Both the position numbers and the translations under genes were made by a program. From Sminthopsis crassicaudata (lineage: Eukaryota), in contig NC_133619.1 of NCBI RefSeq assembly GCF_048593235.1, positions 433,035,644 through 433,099,643 of the forward strand: a stretch of DNA of 64,000 bases. The letters run 5' to 3'. Position 1 is the stretch's first letter; each line of letters begins with the position of its first letter. Shown here piece after piece: positions 59,814-64,000 of the stretch. The notes under the pieces were generated by a model, which saw nothing but the letters and a program-made list of their open reading frames with translations, searched no databases and was not told where the DNA came from.

Positions 59814-60736
59814 GCGTGTGGCCCGGCAAGCCCCCGGAGCCCACTAAGTTACTGGTTCGTGCTCCCTGGATTTAGGGGCCCCTTGGACCGAGGACAGCGT
59901 CTGGGGCTGGAGAACACGCTTGTTACACATAAACAGAGGGGCGTCACGTTTTAGTTAGAGAATGATCACTTGTCATTCGGACGTGCTTCCATCCCAGCTC
60001 AGGAAGGAAAGCATCACCGGGCTTTCGGCTAGAGGAAGGAGGGAAGAGAGTCTGACGGTGTGTCCACGGGAACCCCGCTCTGGAGGATCTCGGAGGGGGT
60101 GCTCCCACTATGGCGGCCCAGATTCGCCCTCTCCTCAGGCGGAGCAAGCAGTGCCCGGGTAGGGAGAACGATGACCCCGCTCCCAGAGCCCGGCTCGCGG
60201 GGCTCGCGGGAGGGGGCGGGGTGCGGGTGGTAGTGTCAGTGGCCGCACGCCGCGCGCGCTCGCGGACTTGAGAGGGAAGGTCAGTTTGCGGACTGAGATC
60301 TGGAGAGCCTGTGGCAGCTGAGGGCCAGCTGGGAGGAGCGAGCGCCGGGCGGGGGGCCGGGGCCGCGGCGCCAGCAGCAGGTGCGGGCGCGGCGGGGGGA
60401 GTAAGGGGGGGGCCGCGCCGTCGGCTCCTCCTCTTCTCCCCCGCCCCCCGGAACCACAACAGGGACGCGGAGGAGGAGGGGGGAGAAGAGGGACAGGAGA
60501 CAGCAGCAGCAGAAGCAGCAGCGGCAGTGGCAGTGGCAGTAGCAGAGGGGAAAGGGGAAGCGACCAACACGGCGACCGCAACGGCCACAGCCACGGCGGC
60601 CCCGGGGGCCAAAGAGGCCCCTCTCGGGGACGGGCCGCCCAAGGGAAGGAGAACGAATCCCCGGCCTCGAGCTCCCGCCTCCGCCCCGGCGGCCCCGGCC
60701 ACGCCGGCAGCTCCAGCCGCCGCCTCACGGCCCAAC

Positions 60737-60801
60737 ATGCCTCAGGGCGGACCCCATCCCGCGGCCCCGCCGCCAGCCCCTCAGGACAGTGGCACCTTCA
60801 G
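60737..60801 (+). CDS. PRKRA: PRKRA exon 1 coding part ([22 protein letters not shown])
   Basis: aacATGC start; AG|GTCAGT donor; 65 nt, phase matches exon 2. Confidence 0.9.
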
Positions 60802-61701
60802 GTCAGTCCGCAGGCGGGCTCTTGCCGGCCAAGGATACCAGGTGGGGCCTCGCGGGGGAGGAGGGGAGGAGGCTAGAGAGGACGAGGAAGCCTCCGAGTG
60901 CCTTGTGGGTAATAGTACACCCCTTCTTCCCTCCCTCCCCAACCCCCACCACTTCTTGGAGCCGGGAGAAGCCCCGCCCTCCAGGGCTCTACTCCATCCC
61001 TCCCCCATTCTGCCCCCCCGCGGTCCTGCCATCCCGTCCCGGCTCCCAATCCTTCACTCCCCCGTCCCCCCCCCCACCTCCGGGCCGCGCCGGGGGGGGG
61101 GGGGGGGGAAGGAGAGGGGGGTCGGGCCAGAAGAGTTGTTGCTGTCGCATCCCAGAAGGCCTGGGCAGCTCGAGTTACCTGAACCCCGATAGGCTTGAGA
61201 AAGAAGACGCCCGCGCTGCCTCGGAGATGGTTTCGTTCCCGGAGCAGGTGCTACCGGAGCCAGCTTGTGGGGCTTTGTCTTCCTGACCCTCCCTAACCCC
61301 CTTCCCCGCCTGTCCTGAGCCCTGCTACTGCTGCCGGCAGGGAAAGCGGGAGCTTGCCCACACTCCCCACTCGGAAGAAATGCAGCCGCAGTCTTACGAA
61401 CAGTGAACTCCTTCGCTTAGTTCTCGAAAGGGCCTCATCTGACGCTTAAAATCCCAACTTTGATGCCCTTTATCACCTGCACACCTGCCCCTTTGGCGTT
61501 TCAAGCCAACAAACCCTTCTCATTTATGCAGGTTGGGGAAAATGATCACAGCGAAACCTGGGAAAACACCGATTCAGGTGTTACATGAGTATGGCATGAA
61601 GACCAACAACGTACCAGTTTATGAATTTGAAAGAGCCGATGGACATGCAAACACGCCGAGTTTCACCTTCCGAGTGACAGTGGGTGACATAACCTGCTCA
61701 G
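60737..61701 (+). CDS. PRKRA: PACT / interferon-inducible dsRNA-dependent protein kinase activator A, 5' part only: join(60737..60801,61532..61701); remaining exons lie beyond the window
   Basis: Exon 2 encodes [57 protein letters not shown] (start of dsRBD1); exon 1 ends in DSGTF as in PACT. Confidence 0.96.
61532..61701 (+). CDS. PRKRA: PRKRA exon 2
   Basis: atgcag| acceptor; G|GTGTGT donor; 170 nt. Confidence 0.97.
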
Positions 61702-64000
61702 GTGTGTATGCGCTGTTAACCCAGCGTCGTCCTAGAGACGGGCAGTGATGTGTTCGTTAGGAAGGGGCTCCGGGAACTACTGAAACTGGAAATCGTCACC
61801 TCCGAAGAAAGGCGTTCGTTCATCTTCTTTTTCTCGTTTTCTCTACCGATTTTTCCTTCTCTCCCCCCCACAGGACACCCTAAGCCCAATTTAAGGCAGG
61901 AGTAATGGAGGCCTCCTACTCCCTAAGATAGTCTCTACAGAAAGAGACTTTAAAGATGAGTAGGGACTCTAAAATAGTTTTTAATGTCGTTTTAATTTAA
62001 ATAATATAGCTTGTGTCCAAGCTAACCATCCCTACCAGTACCTTGATTTCCTATTTCTCATTTCCGCGTTACAAGTTAAACTCAAGTGAAGCATAAGTTC
62101 TCTTCTTCCTTCACTGCAAGAACTAAGAACGTTGTTGGGCTTTCCTAGTCATTGTGGTAGAAACAAGTGTATTTTATTTAGCAAACTGAGAATCCAAAGG
62201 GAAGGCAATGAATTTAGATAATTTACTGGTGAATTTTCCTATTAAGTATGGATACTATCTTCTTGTCACTAACTTCCTGAATAGGGAAATTCAGAGAGAC
62301 AACATTCCATTTTACTTGGGGATGGGGAGGAAACAACACTCCACCCCAAAGTCAAGTTTTATGATCTGTTCATCTAAAAATTAGGTCACGATTTTTGTTT
62401 TCTTACTGAGATGAAATTACATCTCATATTCTCTGGTGAAAGGGCATAGGAACTGGGGCTGAAGGCTGATCCCTCGGGAGAACTGAGAAGGAATACCCAC
62501 TCTTCTCTGAGCTGAGAACTGGAGCAAAAGAAAGAAAAAGAAAAATGCATAGAAAGGAAAGCAAGTTTTAACTTCATATAGTCTAATCCCCTCATTTCCT
62601 GCTTAAGAGAACTGGGCCTGAGATAGCTACATGATAAGTCCAAAGTTACCTATCAGGTAGAGTCAGAATATAAATCCAGGCACTCTCGCATCCTCCCCTC
62701 TAAGCCAAGTAGTCAGTTTGTAATTCTACTTAGAGGAAAACTGCTAAGTCATGAATTTTGGTTGGTAATCTGTTAAAAAATTAACAGGACCTTAAAATGT
62801 TTTTTTTTTTTCTCTTTATTTTTTTCATAGTGTGATTGAGTTAGAGTTAAGTACGATGAGCCTCAGTTTACTGATGTCTAAAATGAAGATGAAAATGTTT
62901 ATACTATGTGCCTTGTTGAGTAAAACAGTTTACTCTCTCAAACACAGTATAAACGTAGGCACTATTATTAGTAAATGTGTTCCCTTACAAACCGAAGAAA
63001 TAATAAGGCTGTTTCAATAGTCTTTGTTTCTGGGATGTTGTTTACATATACCACAAAGAGGCAACATAGCATAATAATAGATTTAGGAAGACCTGGATTC
63101 AAGTTTTGCCTCTTGATATATATTGGCTGTGATACTGGGCAAGTTATTTAATTTCTCAATGCCTGGGCACCTCAATATTTTAAAATATAGAGTGTTGTTA
63201 ATCTGTTTAGTTATATATAAGCTATTTTTAAAAAATAGTTCCATCTTTCCTTCAATTTCCCTTAGACTTCTGACCAGAAATCTATAGAAATCTTCCATTA
63301 AAAGATGACTCCATACAATGGCTGTCTGAAATATTAACATATCCTTGCTCCATTCCCACTCCTTTTATTGATAAAATGGAGGTTTTATCCTCTTAAATAA
63401 AATGCCTTATTCCAGAGACTATTATAAGTTATTAAATCTTAAAGGTTAAAGGAAACTTAGAAATCTAGTCTACTACCTCCATTTTACAGAAAAAGGAAAC
63501 TGATACTCAAGAAAAAGTAACTGCTGGGTTGGCAGAGTTGGAAATTGAACTTGGGTCTCTTGGTTAGACAGGAATTTGTTTCACTACATTACTTTTAAGG
63601 AAGAAGAGGAAAATGTTAGATGTTTTATTCACTGCAGCTTTTGAAATTAGAAATAGAGTATGCCCTCCTCTCTCCACCCTCTTTCTCAAGTCATAATGGG
63701 AATATAGGTTGACCTTAAAATGAGGAAGAGGTCACTCTCCTCTCCTCCTCCCTTGAAAGATTACTGTTATACCTTATATAGAGTCATTGATACACAACTT
63801 TTAACTGGGGTTTGATCAGGCACACAAGGATGAAACAAGTTAGAAAAATGATAATTTCACTGTTAAATAATTTCATTGCTAAGTGCTGCAAAGGAAAGCT
63901 TACTCTTTAACATTGCCATAGCAGGCTATGCTACATTACAGAAATTCAGGATTCTATGCTTAAAACATTGGTGTTCTCCCTTTCACCTAGGCTTCAAGGA

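Larger units (their letters stand above)
59520..61400. promoter_or_regulatory. CpG island / shared PJVK-PRKRA bidirectional promoter
   Basis: High GC and CpG density between two head-to-head genes. Confidence 0.9.

Overview
Marsupial genomic DNA, most likely a dasyurid (WSINE1, MAR1 and Tigger1a_Mars-like repeats, marsupial-type L1). It carries the conserved vertebrate cluster PLEKHA3(-), FKBP7(+), PJVK/DFNB59(-), PRKRA(+). Three genes are complete and intact, with every exon traced by hand to GT/AG boundaries: PLEKHA3 (8 coding exons, 299 aa), FKBP7 (4 exons, 219 aa, ends in HDEL) and PJVK (6 coding exons, 354 aa). PRKRA exons 1-2 are present and the gene runs off the right end. PLEKHA3/FKBP7 and PJVK/PRKRA are head-to-head pairs with CpG islands; FKBP7/PJVK are convergent. 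Introns are rich in L1, L2, L3/CR1, CORE-SINEs and one Tigger element, and there are four N-gaps. I see no clearly new biological system. The most unusual items are: (1) a 70-nt 18S rRNA fragment in a PJVK intron whose 5' end sits exactly at the reverse-transcriptase stop caused by the m1acp3-pseudouridine of helix 31; (2) a 91-nt hairpin with pri-miRNA-like geometry in PLEKHA3 intron 1; (3) a tandem duplication of the FKBP7 HDEL-stop-AATAAA end; (4) an exact 169-bp copy 2500 bp away within PJVK, part of a local cluster of short templated duplications; (5) a strong-Kozak ATG in frame with PRKRA and separated from it by only one stop codon. Repeat family names and human comparisons come from recalled consensus sequences, not from database searches.
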